Shown: positions 47,621-57,390 of the stretch, piece after piece
Layout of the letters: each line of letters opens with the position of its first letter
Numbering within the stretch: position 1 is the first letter of the stretch
Virus record (IMG/VR): IMGVR_UViG_3300007171_000004
Coordinates: 192,001-256,000 of that record
Strand: one strand, 5' to 3'
Length of the DNA: 64,000 nucleotides
DNA from: a virus
Lineage: Duplodnaviria > Caudoviricetes
Translations under genes and position numbers: made by a program
The notes under the pieces: model-generated
Database searches by the model: none
Told to the model about the DNA's origin: nothing
The model's input: only the letters and a program-made list of their open reading frames with translations

Positions 47621-48332
47621 CGATTGCTTCAATATCCTCTGACAAATTCATTTCATCCATTAAATCATCATAATTCATTTCAACCACAAGAGCATGTTTT
47701 TCTTCGTTGTGTTTTACTTGAAATATTTGATTAGCTGGTTTGCCAAATACATCTACTCTATGAGATGTAAATATTAATTGTATGTTCTCTGACTCAGAAT
47801 ATTCTTTCAGAAAACTAGCTAATTTAATAATCTTGTCGTCAGCAGAAAGATGTTTTAAAGTCTCATCTAGTAATACAGGTCCTTGATATCCCTTAAACTT
47901 TAATAGAGCAAAACTAAATGCTAATCCAACAACTTCAATTAAACCACCGCCTCTAGAATTTACAACACCAGTCTCTAGAATTGAATCATTATAAACTGAT
48001 CTAATTCTAATCTCACATTTAAAATCATTTTTGCCTTTTTCTCTTTGTTCATCATGAGTATCAAAGAAAACAGCATAGTCTGAACCATAAATCTCTTGAA
48101 TAAAGGTAGTTGCAGTTACTTCAAGAAAATCAAAAAACTCTTTCTTTTTTTCAAGTGCGATTCTATTCAAAAGTGCTACAGATTTTACCAATTGATTTTT
48201 AAGAGCTTTATTGTCAGCTATTTTAGATTCTAGTGTTTCAATTCTTTGCTTTAAATCATCTCTAAGGTTGACCTGAGTATTCAAGTCAACCTTATAATTA
48301 TCTAAAAACTGTTTACATTCAAGCAGATTCAT
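47610..48332 (-). CDS. SbcC/Rad50 C-terminal half (ABC signature and Walker B)
   Basis: Short coiled coil followed by SRGGG signature, LLDE Walker B and FTSH H-loop; no Walker A. Confidence 0.85.
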   Translation of the reverse strand: MNLLECKQFLDNYKVDLNTQVNLRDDLKQRIETLESKIADNKALKNQLVKSVALLNRIALEKKKEFFDFLEVTATTFIQEIYGSDYAVFFDTHDEQREKGKNDFKCEIRIRSVYNDSILETGVVNSRGGGLIEVVGLAFSFALLKFKGYQGPVLLDETLKHLSADDKIIKLASFLKEYSESENIQLIFTSHRVDVFGKPANQIFQVKHNEEKHALVVEMNYDDLMDEMNLSEDIEAIDER

Positions 48333-48573
48333 TTTCAATGTTCTCAATACTCTGATTCAACTTTGTGATTTCTTCCTCTAGCTCAATTGTAAGAGAGTCA
48401 ATCTTTTCTTTCAGCATCTTTGGAAGGCAATTATAAAGTTCTTGGCATTGAGTCTCAAGATCTGTCTTTTCCTTTAGCAATGTCTCATACTGCTCATTAA
48501 GGGTTTTCGTTGCTCCCTTGGCTTCTGAAATCTTGGTGTTAATCTTTTCAATTTCTTCAATATAATTCATCAT
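48319..48573 (-). CDS. Small coiled-coil protein, probable SbcC accessory fragment
   Basis: About 84 aa of heptad repeats between sbcD and the SbcC C-half; SD GGAG. Confidence 0.65.
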   Translation of the reverse strand: MMNYIEEIEKINTKISEAKGATKTLNEQYETLLKEKTDLETQCQELYNCLPKMLKEKIDSLTIELEEEITKLNQSIENIENESA

Positions 48574-48574
48574 T

Positions 48575-49558
48575 CTACTCCTGACTGTAAATAGTATCAC
48601 GCATTCTATCAACTGACAATGCTATTACATCTTCTTCAATGTTATTTTCTTTGCCATATTCTTTAATAAGTTGAATAGGATCATTAATAAGATTGAATTT
48701 CTTCATATCAATTTCAGAGAGCTTGCGAATATAAGCACTATTAGATTTGATTTCCTTTTTCTTAGTCTCTTTAGCTGAAAAATTAAAAATCATCTCTGCT
48801 GGTAAAGAACTTTCAAGCTTATGATATTCGACATTATAGATAGTACCCTCAAGATCATAAACAACAGATACTACATTAATATCCCTGCAAATAATTTCAG
48901 GTTGCATAGCGTATCTACCAACACTACCCGGATTTATAAACTGAACTCCATCTTCTCGCTTTTGTTGCATAGGAGAATGAATATGTCCACTTAAAACCAA
49001 TTTAGTTGATGGATGAAACTTAGTGTCCTTAAAAATTACACCCTCAAAATCTCTTGCTGGAACTGTCATTAAAGAAGCATGTAAAGCAAGGATAGGATAA
49101 TTTACGTTTTGAAGTTTACCAGCACGAATATCAGCATCAAGTTTAGGATAAAAATGTCCCAAATAGATTCCTAGATGATCTATGCTTTCACAATACTCCA
49201 ATAATCCGCTTGAAAACAATGTATTTAAACTAGACATTGGAAGATTAGACATGTTGTGACCAATATCATGATTGCCAATAACTGCGTAAGATTTAAATGG
49301 CCAAGGTTTACCAGTTTCATCACTTCTTAAAGCATGTAAAAGCTTAGATACAATTGTAGGCTGCACAACTGTTTTATCAAAAATATCTCCAAGAAAAACA
49401 ACAGCATCAACTTTCTGATCCCGCCCAATTTGAAGACACTCTAGAAATTCTTTAGCAGAAGTTTCACAATAATTATCTAATCTTCCCGGAGGTTGCTTTG
49501 ATGCGCAGTGATTATCTCCTACAAATAAAACCTTAAATTTACTCAACTTCTTCTCCAA
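48575..49558 (-). CDS. sbcD: SbcD/Mre11 metallophosphoesterase nuclease
   Basis: VGDNH, LGDIFD, IGNHD, LHAS, SGHIH and NPGS motifs; start possibly TTG at 49546. Confidence 0.92.
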   Translation of the reverse strand: MEKKLSKFKVLFVGDNHCASKQPPGRLDNYCETSAKEFLECLQIGRDQKVDAVVFLGDIFDKTVVQPTIVSKLLHALRSDETGKPWPFKSYAVIGNHDIGHNMSNLPMSSLNTLFSSGLLEYCESIDHLGIYLGHFYPKLDADIRAGKLQNVNYPILALHASLMTVPARDFEGVIFKDTKFHPSTKLVLSGHIHSPMQQKREDGVQFINPGSVGRYAMQPEIICRDINVVSVVYDLEGTIYNVEYHKLESSLPAEMIFNFSAKETKKKEIKSNSAYIRKLSEIDMKKFNLINDPIQLIKEYGKENNIEEDVIALSVDRMRDTIYSQE

Positions 49559-50840
49559 TTAAGTTTACTGTACCACAACTTGAGCACTCAAAAGATTTCA
49601 TAGACTTAAGTTTTTCAAGTTGTTCGATCTGCCCATAAAAGAAATCTATCTCTTCCTGTTTTGCTTTTAATGAATTTTTAACTTCATTGTAAGATACGAT
49701 TTGGCTCTTACATGTTGAAAAGAAATTTTGCATATTAACCAAAGCTTCTTTCTTTTCATTGATGGATTTAATTTGAGCTACAATCTTTTTATCAGCTATC
49801 AGTTTACATCGTTCTAGCTCAGCCCTATTCTTATTAATTTTAAGGCTCAAATCTTCATGTTTTTTAACCATTTCCTTAGAAGATCTATATAATGACATTT
49901 TTGATTTAATAACTTCAAATTGTTCAATATTATCTTCTGACAAAATGCTATCATAAATCCGTTTCTTGTTTTTTAAATTGCTAATATTATCAGAGACTTT
50001 ATTATAATTTGATTGAAACGAGGCAAGAGATTGTATAGTCTTGTTGTTTTCTTTAATTAATTGAAAACTAGGCTCATGGTTAGCAATACTTTGATGATAT
50101 TCTAGGCTCTTCTTAGTATTTTTAATCTGCCTTATGTTGTTCAATGCAGTTTGGTAAAAATCACTTAAAATTTCAAGATTAGATTCTTTAACTGAGCAAT
50201 TTTCATAGATTAAAGACATTCTGTTAAGATCGATAAGTTTGTCATCCAAATTATCATAATCTTTCATCTTGTCATTTAATTCAGATAGAGTAGTTAAGTC
50301 GTCTTTAATTTTGCTTTCAACTTGATTGGCTTCAGAGTTCATCTTTTTACCACACGAATCAAAATAATCAAGTTTAATTAGTCTTGATATAAATCTTGGT
50401 AACTCTGTGGAAGATAAGCTAGTAAGACAGGGTGGCGTAAATTGTCCTAGATATGCTAAAGAACCTAAACCAGAATCATCAACTATATCACTGTTTCCAA
50501 GAAGCTTTTTAATTGCATCAGTGTATTTAGAGCCAAAGTTGTGAAATTCTTGAGGTTCTTCATCAGGTGCGTAGTAAGTAAATACATTCTTAGATGGTCC
50601 TTTAGATCTAACAAATTTACGACCATCTACAAGTTCTACTGTGACTGTTGTATATTGAGCGCCTAAAGTTACAAAGCCTTTATCAAACTCATCATGTAGG
50701 ACAAAATTCATAGCTCTATTAATAGCTGTTTTGCCTCCATTACTTGTACCCGTGATAAGGTTAATGTTGCTATCAAAATCAATAACAGTGTGGTGATGAT
50801 TTTGAAAGTTCTCTAATGTAAGTGTTTTAATTTTGTCCAT
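49539..50840 (-). CDS. sbcC: SbcC/Rad50 N-terminal half ending in a CxxC zinc hook
   Basis: LENFQNH, GTSNGGKT Walker A, LGQF Q-loop, long coiled coil, terminal FECSSCG. Confidence 0.88.
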   Translation of the reverse strand: MDKIKTLTLENFQNHHHTVIDFDSNINLITGTSNGGKTAINRAMNFVLHDEFDKGFVTLGAQYTTVTVELVDGRKFVRSKGPSKNVFTYYAPDEEPQEFHNFGSKYTDAIKKLLGNSDIVDDSGLGSLAYLGQFTPPCLTSLSSTELPRFISRLIKLDYFDSCGKKMNSEANQVESKIKDDLTTLSELNDKMKDYDNLDDKLIDLNRMSLIYENCSVKESNLEILSDFYQTALNNIRQIKNTKKSLEYHQSIANHEPSFQLIKENNKTIQSLASFQSNYNKVSDNISNLKNKKRIYDSILSEDNIEQFEVIKSKMSLYRSSKEMVKKHEDLSLKINKNRAELERCKLIADKKIVAQIKSINEKKEALVNMQNFFSTCKSQIVSYNEVKNSLKAKQEEIDFFYGQIEQLEKLKSMKSFECSSCGTVNLIGEEVE

Positions 50841-50842
50841 AA

Positions 50843-51334
50843 TTAGTCCAGTAATATTTTATCCATAATAGTAGCAAAGTGCAATGAGATAAATTCTTCT
50901 TTTGGCTGATAATTCATAGATGGGGTTATTTTGTTATGTATCTCAATTCGGTCAATACTAGGATTTATTAATTGTATAGGACTATGAACCAATTCACAGC
51001 ACCTTTCTTGTGAATCACTTAAATTGTAATATCTCTTACAATGCAAACATTCAAAAGCAGATTTTTTGAAATATATAAGAAAACCAAGTTCATTTAGGTT
51101 CAAATCAGATTGAAATTCAAAAATCACTTTGTCATAATTTTTGTAGAATTTTTTAAGAAACCCAAGAGAATGATTTTTGTATATTATTCTTACTTGTTTT
51201 TGGCTGCTAATTGAAAAATTTTTAATATCAATAAGAAATCCACAAGTAGTGAGCATGTTGTTTTCAAAAAGTATCGCATGAAATTTATTAGAATCTTGAG
51301 TAAGAGATTCACGATTTAAAAGAGAGAGATTCAT
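50843..51334 (-). CDS. Hypothetical protein with CxxC/CC motif
   Basis: 163 aa; FECLHCKRYY...ERCCE. Confidence 0.6.
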   Translation of the reverse strand: MNLSLLNRESLTQDSNKFHAILFENNMLTTCGFLIDIKNFSISSQKQVRIIYKNHSLGFLKKFYKNYDKVIFEFQSDLNLNELGFLIYFKKSAFECLHCKRYYNLSDSQERCCELVHSPIQLINPSIDRIEIHNKITPSMNYQPKEEFISLHFATIMDKILLD

Positions 51335-51532
51335 ATGATTATTAAAATTGACAGAGATATGATTGTAACTGAATTATATCAACTTAGAGCTATTGTTACA
51401 AATATTTCCACTGACCCATTAGAAACAGAAGACGCTAGAAAAAAGATTGATGAATTAATCAATTTAATTTCTCTAGCGCCTCAAAGTGAAAACAATTCTA
51501 GCTTTCCGAAAATTTCAGTTAAAAGAGGTTAG
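51335..51532 (+). CDS. Small hypothetical protein in the opposite orientation
   Basis: 65 aa with a helical, protein-like composition; exactly fills the gap between two minus-strand genes. Confidence 0.4.
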   Translation: MIIKIDRDMIVTELYQLRAIVTNISTDPLETEDARKKIDELINLISLAPQSENNSSFPKISVKRG

Positions 51533-52251
51533 ATCTCCAAATCCGGTAATGAAATGTTTACATAAAAAGGCTCATCTGTCTCAACACTAGCGTATACAGA
51601 TGTGGAAATTCGATAAACATTTCTAGATCCTGTGTGCGGACATTCAATTTGCCAGCTGTTATCATCGCAAGGTATAATCTTTCCTCTCTTAAGAGATTTA
51701 GGATTATTGATAGCATATGATGTGGAAGAACTTACCTCTTCATTCCATTTAAAAATTCCGTTAGCTCTTAAACCTTCATCAGACATTTCTTCTTCCGTCA
51801 TATCGTCGAGTAAATCGAGCATATCAATAAGGAAATCTTGTCCATCTTCTGTGGTCACTGTCTCATAGTTAGCCATTGCATCAGAGTTTTCTTGAATTTC
51901 ATCATTGAACTTTGAATTGTCTACAGATGAAACTGAAGATTCTTTTGGAATAATTGAATTGTAAGAACCGCTTTGATAAGTTTTAAATACATCAAAGACA
52001 GAAACATTATTTTGCTTTTGTAATGTGTAAAGAACGCTGTATGCAAGCTTCTTAAATGATGGAGCGAAGCCATTCAGTTTTACAGTACAATTGTCGTCAT
52101 TAAATTCAAGCTTACCAACTTCCATAACACCAACATTGGGAGACAGCAAAGCAGTGAACAATTTCATTCCAGATTCATTTTCTGAGGTTGTCAAATCACT
52201 CATCAATGCTTCAAATCGTTCACGACCACGAGTAAGATTAAAGTTTTCCAT
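51529..52251 (-). CDS. Hypothetical acidic protein
   Basis: 240-aa ORF. Confidence 0.65.
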   Translation of the reverse strand: MENFNLTRGRERFEALMSDLTTSENESGMKLFTALLSPNVGVMEVGKLEFNDDNCTVKLNGFAPSFKKLAYSVLYTLQKQNNVSVFDVFKTYQSGSYNSIIPKESSVSSVDNSKFNDEIQENSDAMANYETVTTEDGQDFLIDMLDLLDDMTEEEMSDEGLRANGIFKWNEEVSSSTSYAINNPKSLKRGKIIPCDDNSWQIECPHTGSRNVYRISTSVYASVETDEPFYVNISLPDLEI

Positions 52252-52252
52252 A

Positions 52253-53074
52253 TCAAACAGTATTATACTCAGAAGGCACTAATATGTCAAAGCGAATTTC
52301 AATCGGATAGTCAATTCCGCCAATAGGATAAAAAAAGAATTTATGATTTTCATTCTTTTGCACTTTAATATATAAAAAGTCATTTCTAGAATATGCTTTT
52401 TTAAATCCTGATTCATAAATTGTGTCTTTGTATTTGAAGATTATGTTGCCACTACCGCCTCTTGGACTGTATGACATTTTCAAAATACCTGATTTCTTTA
52501 TATCTACATTTAAACAAACTTCATACCCAAATTGACCATTTATATCATTGGGCGGATTTTCTCCAAGCCTGTGTATTGCGAAATTATCTAACTGATAATT
52601 ATAAACTTTTTTCCAATCATCATCAATAAGTAAGACGTGATTAATTTTTTTAGAAGAATTATCGAAAGAAATTTTAAATACAGAATTTTTTTTAAATTTG
52701 CCTTCTATTGCGCCTGATACGGTTTGATTAGGCTGCAAAATAATAGTTTTTTTAATTTGACCATCAATCTTATTATTTTTAAGAAACGAAACTGTAGCAT
52801 TAGAACCAGCTCTACCAGGATCTTTATCGACATTAAGGCCAAAAGATGCATTAGAAACAAAACTGGAATACAAATTAAATTTGATATTTCTATTTGTTTT
52901 GTTTATATAATGGAAGAAAAATTTATTTTTTGATTCTTCATTGAATCTATGTTCTATAATCGATCCACTTGAATAAATCTTCTCAGGATTATTCAAATAG
53001 ATAAATTTCCCAGGTTGAATCATATTCCAAACTACCAAAAAACAGTATAAAGATAACTTAGAATAATAAAACAT
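52253..53074 (-). CDS. Putative exported protein (NNPE...FFFHYIN...GQFG...SPRGG domain)
   Basis: Hydrophobic N-terminus. The motif spacing recalls the DUF3370-like extracellular domain (from memory, unverified). SD GGAGG. Confidence 0.55.
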   Translation of the reverse strand: MFYYSKLSLYCFLVVWNMIQPGKFIYLNNPEKIYSSGSIIEHRFNEESKNKFFFHYINKTNRNIKFNLYSSFVSNASFGLNVDKDPGRAGSNATVSFLKNNKIDGQIKKTIILQPNQTVSGAIEGKFKKNSVFKISFDNSSKKINHVLLIDDDWKKVYNYQLDNFAIHRLGENPPNDINGQFGYEVCLNVDIKKSGILKMSYSPRGGSGNIIFKYKDTIYESGFKKAYSRNDFLYIKVQKNENHKFFFYPIGGIDYPIEIRFDILVPSEYNTV

Positions 53075-53087
53075 CTCAACCCCTCCA

Positions 53088-53113
53088 AGGAAAAGAAAGT
53101 CTGTAAGTTGTAA
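53088..53113 (+). promoter_or_regulatory. SigH-type promoter candidate AGGA-N18-GTAA
   Basis: AGGAaaagaaagtctgtaagttGTAA, 67 nt upstream of the 773-aa ORF. Confidence 0.4.
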
Positions 53114-53179
53114 TTAAAAAACAAATCACAGATAAAATACTTTTCTGAAAAATCTATTTTTTATCTTTTAGGTCAAGTC

Positions 53180-55501
53180 ATGAAATTCAATCTTTCGAAA
53201 TTAAAAACAGCAGCAAAGCCAACCGCACAAGATTTAGAGAATCAGCTTAGAGCAGAATTAGCACCTTTAGCAGAAATGTATCAACAAGGCAAGATTTCTC
53301 AAAAGGATATTTATAGACTCCTTGGTACTACAATCAAGAACTACCAAAATGAAATTATTGCTGAGGAACTTGAAAGATTTAGAAAGCCAGTTCAAGATTT
53401 AACAAGGCAAATTTCAAAACTTAAACCTGATTATGATCCTTCTGATATTTTATCTGAAGTTATGTCTAGCATTAATGTTGCAGTTATTCCTGAATTAAGA
53501 AGACTTTATATTTTAGCAAAGAAGAGAACAGAAGAATTATTTAAAGAAATTTCAATTACTACTGAACCAGAAAAACAAACCTGGGGCACATTTGTAGCAG
53601 ACGAAAAAACAAGAATTTTAGATGACACTAAAGCATCTTTTGAAGAGTTTGTAGATAAGATTTCTAGTATGTTCGGAAATATTTCTGAAGATGAAGCCAA
53701 AGTCTTAATTAGAAATATTCCTCAGCCAGCTAATATTGAAAAAAATCCTGAGTTGCTTGCAAATAGATTCAGTGGAATTGACTCTTATTTTTCAACAAAT
53801 ATTGTAGAGAAAAATCCACTTCCTCAATCCATGTCCAAATATGTAGAAGCCTCAAAAGCTGTGTTTTCATTTTTGACAGGTATCAGAAATAAGGCAAAAG
53901 AAACTTGGACCCAATATATGTCTGGAAGAGATCCAATGGCATTGGAACATTTGCCTAAGGTTGATATGCAAATTGATACAGACCCTTGGAATTTGTTAGA
54001 TCAAGCTGGTTATCAACTATCTGCTTTAATTGGCCCTATATCATATTGGAAAGTTGAAAATAAATCTGGCAATATTGAAAGCGATAGTAGTATAGATAGA
54101 TCATTCAATTCTGATGATGAAATTATTCGAAGAGTTCAAGAAACAGTAGCACAAGGTTATGATGACGATAGATTATTGTATATTTTAACAGATCCAAAAG
54201 AATTACAAGGCAACCCAATTTTAAATGATCCTAATTACAAAAGATTAAGAGCCTTGTTTACTGAAATTTTAAGAAGTAATCGATCTAGATTTAAAGACAT
54301 CTTGGTAAAAGCTGGTTTTCATGATCTTCCTGAAATTGTAGAAAGAGTAGATAAACTTCAAAAAGATCCTGTCTATGCAGATTTTAATCTTTATGTAAGG
54401 TCAAGACCAGAATCAAAACTATATAAAGTTTTAAGAGACGAATTTGACTTAAATCCATTGCCTTTTGAATCTAATATGAGAATGCCATCAGAATTTCCAT
54501 GGGGCAGTACAATTAAAACAGACTTTCTTTTACCAGCAGATGTCATTCAATATTCTGGTAGTGAATTGACAATTAAAAGACAAATTGTTTTCACTGGTGA
54601 ATATCTCGAAGGCCGAACAAAGTCTCAAGATCCTAAACAATTATATGGAGAAAAGCAATTCTTAGGTCCAGACGGTAAGCCTCATAAATTCAATATTAAT
54701 GTTGGTGGAATTTCAATCTCTAAAGAGATGAAGACTGGTGTTTCAGTAAAAGAACAAGATATTTATAATGCTACTGCTGATTGGAAAAAAGTCGCTCAAC
54801 CTGTTGTAGCATCTATGATTGGTTCAGCATCTCTCTACTTTACTGATGAAGATGCTAGACCTCCATATACTTCAGCTGCTAAAAAATTAGATCAACATTT
54901 TATTATTTACGATTTTGCTGGATGTAATGATGATACATGTGTAGCCATGAATTTACTCAAAAAAGTTGCTTCTGAAAATCCTAATAGTGAAGCTGCAAGA
55001 TATCTCGCTACACCAAGAGAATTTGATCAGAAGAAAAAACAACTTGATTATTTAGATGTTGTAAAGGCTAATTTTTTGATGTCTAAAGTATTTTCTGCTG
55101 CCATTGAGCGTTCATCTTCAAATAGTTTCACAGCAGAGTCCATGTATGCTCATTATGAATATTTGAAACAATTAAATCTTGACGAGCAAGATATTTTAAG
55201 AGAATATAGAAATACTCCAGATCAAAATGAAAAATTAAAACAAATTGCAGAATTAAAATTGTCTTTAAACAATTCACCTATGCAAGAATTTAAAGATAAT
55301 TTCGAAGAAGCTAAAAATCAAAAAAGATTTGCAAGAATTTTAGCTGGTTTTGATTACTTAAAAGAATTAGTAAGAAGCACAGATATATCCGATGTTGATC
55401 TTAGAGTTAAAACTAACGATTTACAAAGAGGCTTAAATATCATGGAGCTTAAAACCTCAGCTGAAAGAATTAAGTTAATTAGAAAATATGCCTCTTCTTA
55501 G
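53180..55501 (+). CDS. Large hypothetical protein, probable virion internal protein
   Basis: 773 aa; starts MKFNLSKLKTAAK and ends RKYASS. Confidence 0.75.
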   Translation: MKFNLSKLKTAAKPTAQDLENQLRAELAPLAEMYQQGKISQKDIYRLLGTTIKNYQNEIIAEELERFRKPVQDLTRQISKLKPDYDPSDILSEVMSSINVAVIPELRRLYILAKKRTEELFKEISITTEPEKQTWGTFVADEKTRILDDTKASFEEFVDKISSMFGNISEDEAKVLIRNIPQPANIEKNPELLANRFSGIDSYFSTNIVEKNPLPQSMSKYVEASKAVFSFLTGIRNKAKETWTQYMSGRDPMALEHLPKVDMQIDTDPWNLLDQAGYQLSALIGPISYWKVENKSGNIESDSSIDRSFNSDDEIIRRVQETVAQGYDDDRLLYILTDPKELQGNPILNDPNYKRLRALFTEILRSNRSRFKDILVKAGFHDLPEIVERVDKLQKDPVYADFNLYVRSRPESKLYKVLRDEFDLNPLPFESNMRMPSEFPWGSTIKTDFLLPADVIQYSGSELTIKRQIVFTGEYLEGRTKSQDPKQLYGEKQFLGPDGKPHKFNINVGGISISKEMKTGVSVKEQDIYNATADWKKVAQPVVASMIGSASLYFTDEDARPPYTSAAKKLDQHFIIYDFAGCNDDTCVAMNLLKKVASENPNSEAARYLATPREFDQKKKQLDYLDVVKANFLMSKVFSAAIERSSSNSFTAESMYAHYEYLKQLNLDEQDILREYRNTPDQNEKLKQIAELKLSLNNSPMQEFKDNFEEAKNQKRFARILAGFDYLKELVRSTDISDVDLRVKTNDLQRGLNIMELKTSAERIKLIRKYASS

Positions 55502-56354
55502 TCCTGAATATATTTCTAAATGGTACTATTTAGAAGATTTAAACAATACAAATAATATTGTTTTAGTTCAGACCTGTAATCAAAATTTAGTAACTTCAGC
55601 AGAATCTAATCAATTAATGACTGGCCATGCTGGATCAATGTCTATAACTCCATCTCAATTTGACTGGAGTACATCTTTAAACAGCCCTATATTAGTAATT
55701 AATAATATAGTTCCAAGTGATTCAAGAATTCATAAAGATTTATTCACATTTGTTAAAGAAAAATATGATTATCTTTGTAATCATTTAAATTATGGCGGAG
55801 AACAATATCCATTAGACTCAAGTTATCTAATGAAAAAGTTCACAATAAAAATTGAAAATGATGTAGAAATAGATGCTGATTTAATTGGCAATATAGGAAG
55901 TTATTTTAAAAATACATTAGCCGTTGATAATGAAAATTATCAATTATCATCAAAAGACTTTATTGCTAGAACTATCAAATTCTATGACATTAATTTTTAT
56001 GTTAATGGAACTCAATTAAAATTGTTGACTGCAGATATTACTGCAAATTTTGATTATTCGAAAAATTATTTTATAAATTCAATGACTAGCATGCCATTTT
56101 ATGGTGTTAATTTTTTAAGAATCAATGGAAGAATAGAGTTCTTAATACCAGTAAGTGAATGGACAAGCTTTTCTGTCATAGAGCAGGAATACAACGCTTT
56201 ATTTACAGAACAAGCAAATGTATCGATACAAATACAAAATGAATATTTAAATCTAGGTCAAATTAATTTAAAAAATAGCCTTACGTTTAATTTAAATGGT
56301 TCATTAACTACAGTCTCCTTGACATTTGAAACGTATGCAAGATATCGAGAATAG
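55488..56354 (+). CDS. Beta-rich structural protein, possibly tail-tube-like (paralogue of the next gene)
   Basis: MPLLSPEYISKWY...; shares several blocks with 56363-57373. Confidence 0.6.
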   Translation: MPLLSPEYISKWYYLEDLNNTNNIVLVQTCNQNLVTSAESNQLMTGHAGSMSITPSQFDWSTSLNSPILVINNIVPSDSRIHKDLFTFVKEKYDYLCNHLNYGGEQYPLDSSYLMKKFTIKIENDVEIDADLIGNIGSYFKNTLAVDNENYQLSSKDFIARTIKFYDINFYVNGTQLKLLTADITANFDYSKNYFINSMTSMPFYGVNFLRINGRIEFLIPVSEWTSFSVIEQEYNALFTEQANVSIQIQNEYLNLGQINLKNSLTFNLNGSLTTVSLTFETYARYRE

Positions 56355-56362
56355 GATCTTTT

Positions 56363-57373
56363 ATGCCACTTCTAGCCCCACAGCTTATTTCTACATGGTA
56401 TTTGTTTCAGCAAAATCTCAATAATCAAAGCCTTATTCGTATTGTTGAAGATTGGACAGAACAACAAACCCAAGATTTAAATGAAAAGAAATTAATACAG
56501 GGTTCAAACGGAACTCATGTAATGGATGTTGGTGGTATTATTTGGGAAAATACAGTTAGAGCACCAGTTTTAATTATTAATCAAGCTACTGGTTATTCTA
56601 GTAGATATACAGACATTTTTGATCTATTATCTTATTCTTTCAATGCAACAAGATCCCCGTTTTTAGATCCTACATTAACTTTTTTAATGAAAAGTGCTGA
56701 TATAACAGTTGATCAATCTGGTGGTAGATGTGATATATCTTATTTATCTCCTATTCCAATGTCAAGAACACTAAATGCAGAAACTTATAAGACTATTGAT
56801 GGAAATGGAAATTATATAAATGTTTCTCCTCCATTTTTAAGAGTTTATGCACCTGAAAATTATAATGTATTGCCAGACTTTATTGGAAGAGTTGCTAGAT
56901 TCTATGATTTTTATGTTTCGTTTTTTGATACTGCAACACAATCATATACATCTTTCCCAGTATTGAATGCAAAGATTAATTTTACTTGTAATATTCAAAA
57001 GAATTATTTTATTGGTTTTTACTCTCAAACTCCATTTTTGTCTGTTCAAGATTATTCTATTTCTGGAACTATGACAATTATGGCAGCTCCAGCAAGTTTT
57101 AGATCTTTTGAAATTGATCCGCAAGTTGGGTATAACTCTGAAGAAAATTCATTTACGGGACCTGGTGTTCTTACTCCTATCAATGTTCAAATGGCAATAG
57201 GAGTAGCTGGTACTGCTTCAGATAGTTCAACAATTAGATCCCCTCAAAGAGAAATTTATTTAGGTTCAGCATCAATGAGATCTAATGTAACAAGAAATAT
57301 GTCTCCTAACGAGATTACAAAGATTACTATAGACTTCAAGACATATACAAGACCATCTACTTCTGTATCTTAA
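56363..57373 (+). CDS. Beta-rich structural protein, possibly tail-tube-like (paralogue of the previous gene)
   Basis: MPLLAPQLISTWY...; FIGRVARFYDF aligns with FIARTIKFYDI. Confidence 0.6.
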   Translation: MPLLAPQLISTWYLFQQNLNNQSLIRIVEDWTEQQTQDLNEKKLIQGSNGTHVMDVGGIIWENTVRAPVLIINQATGYSSRYTDIFDLLSYSFNATRSPFLDPTLTFLMKSADITVDQSGGRCDISYLSPIPMSRTLNAETYKTIDGNGNYINVSPPFLRVYAPENYNVLPDFIGRVARFYDFYVSFFDTATQSYTSFPVLNAKINFTCNIQKNYFIGFYSQTPFLSVQDYSISGTMTIMAAPASFRSFEIDPQVGYNSEENSFTGPGVLTPINVQMAIGVAGTASDSSTIRSPQREIYLGSASMRSNVTRNMSPNEITKITIDFKTYTRPSTSVS

Positions 57374-57390
57374 ACTGTACAAAATAATTA

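Noticed and set aside
47610-50840. Split sbcC as a pseudogene or frameshift artefact
   Set aside because: The halves are separated by an intact sbcD and another ORF, each with plausible starts and intact motifs, so a single sequencing error cannot explain it.
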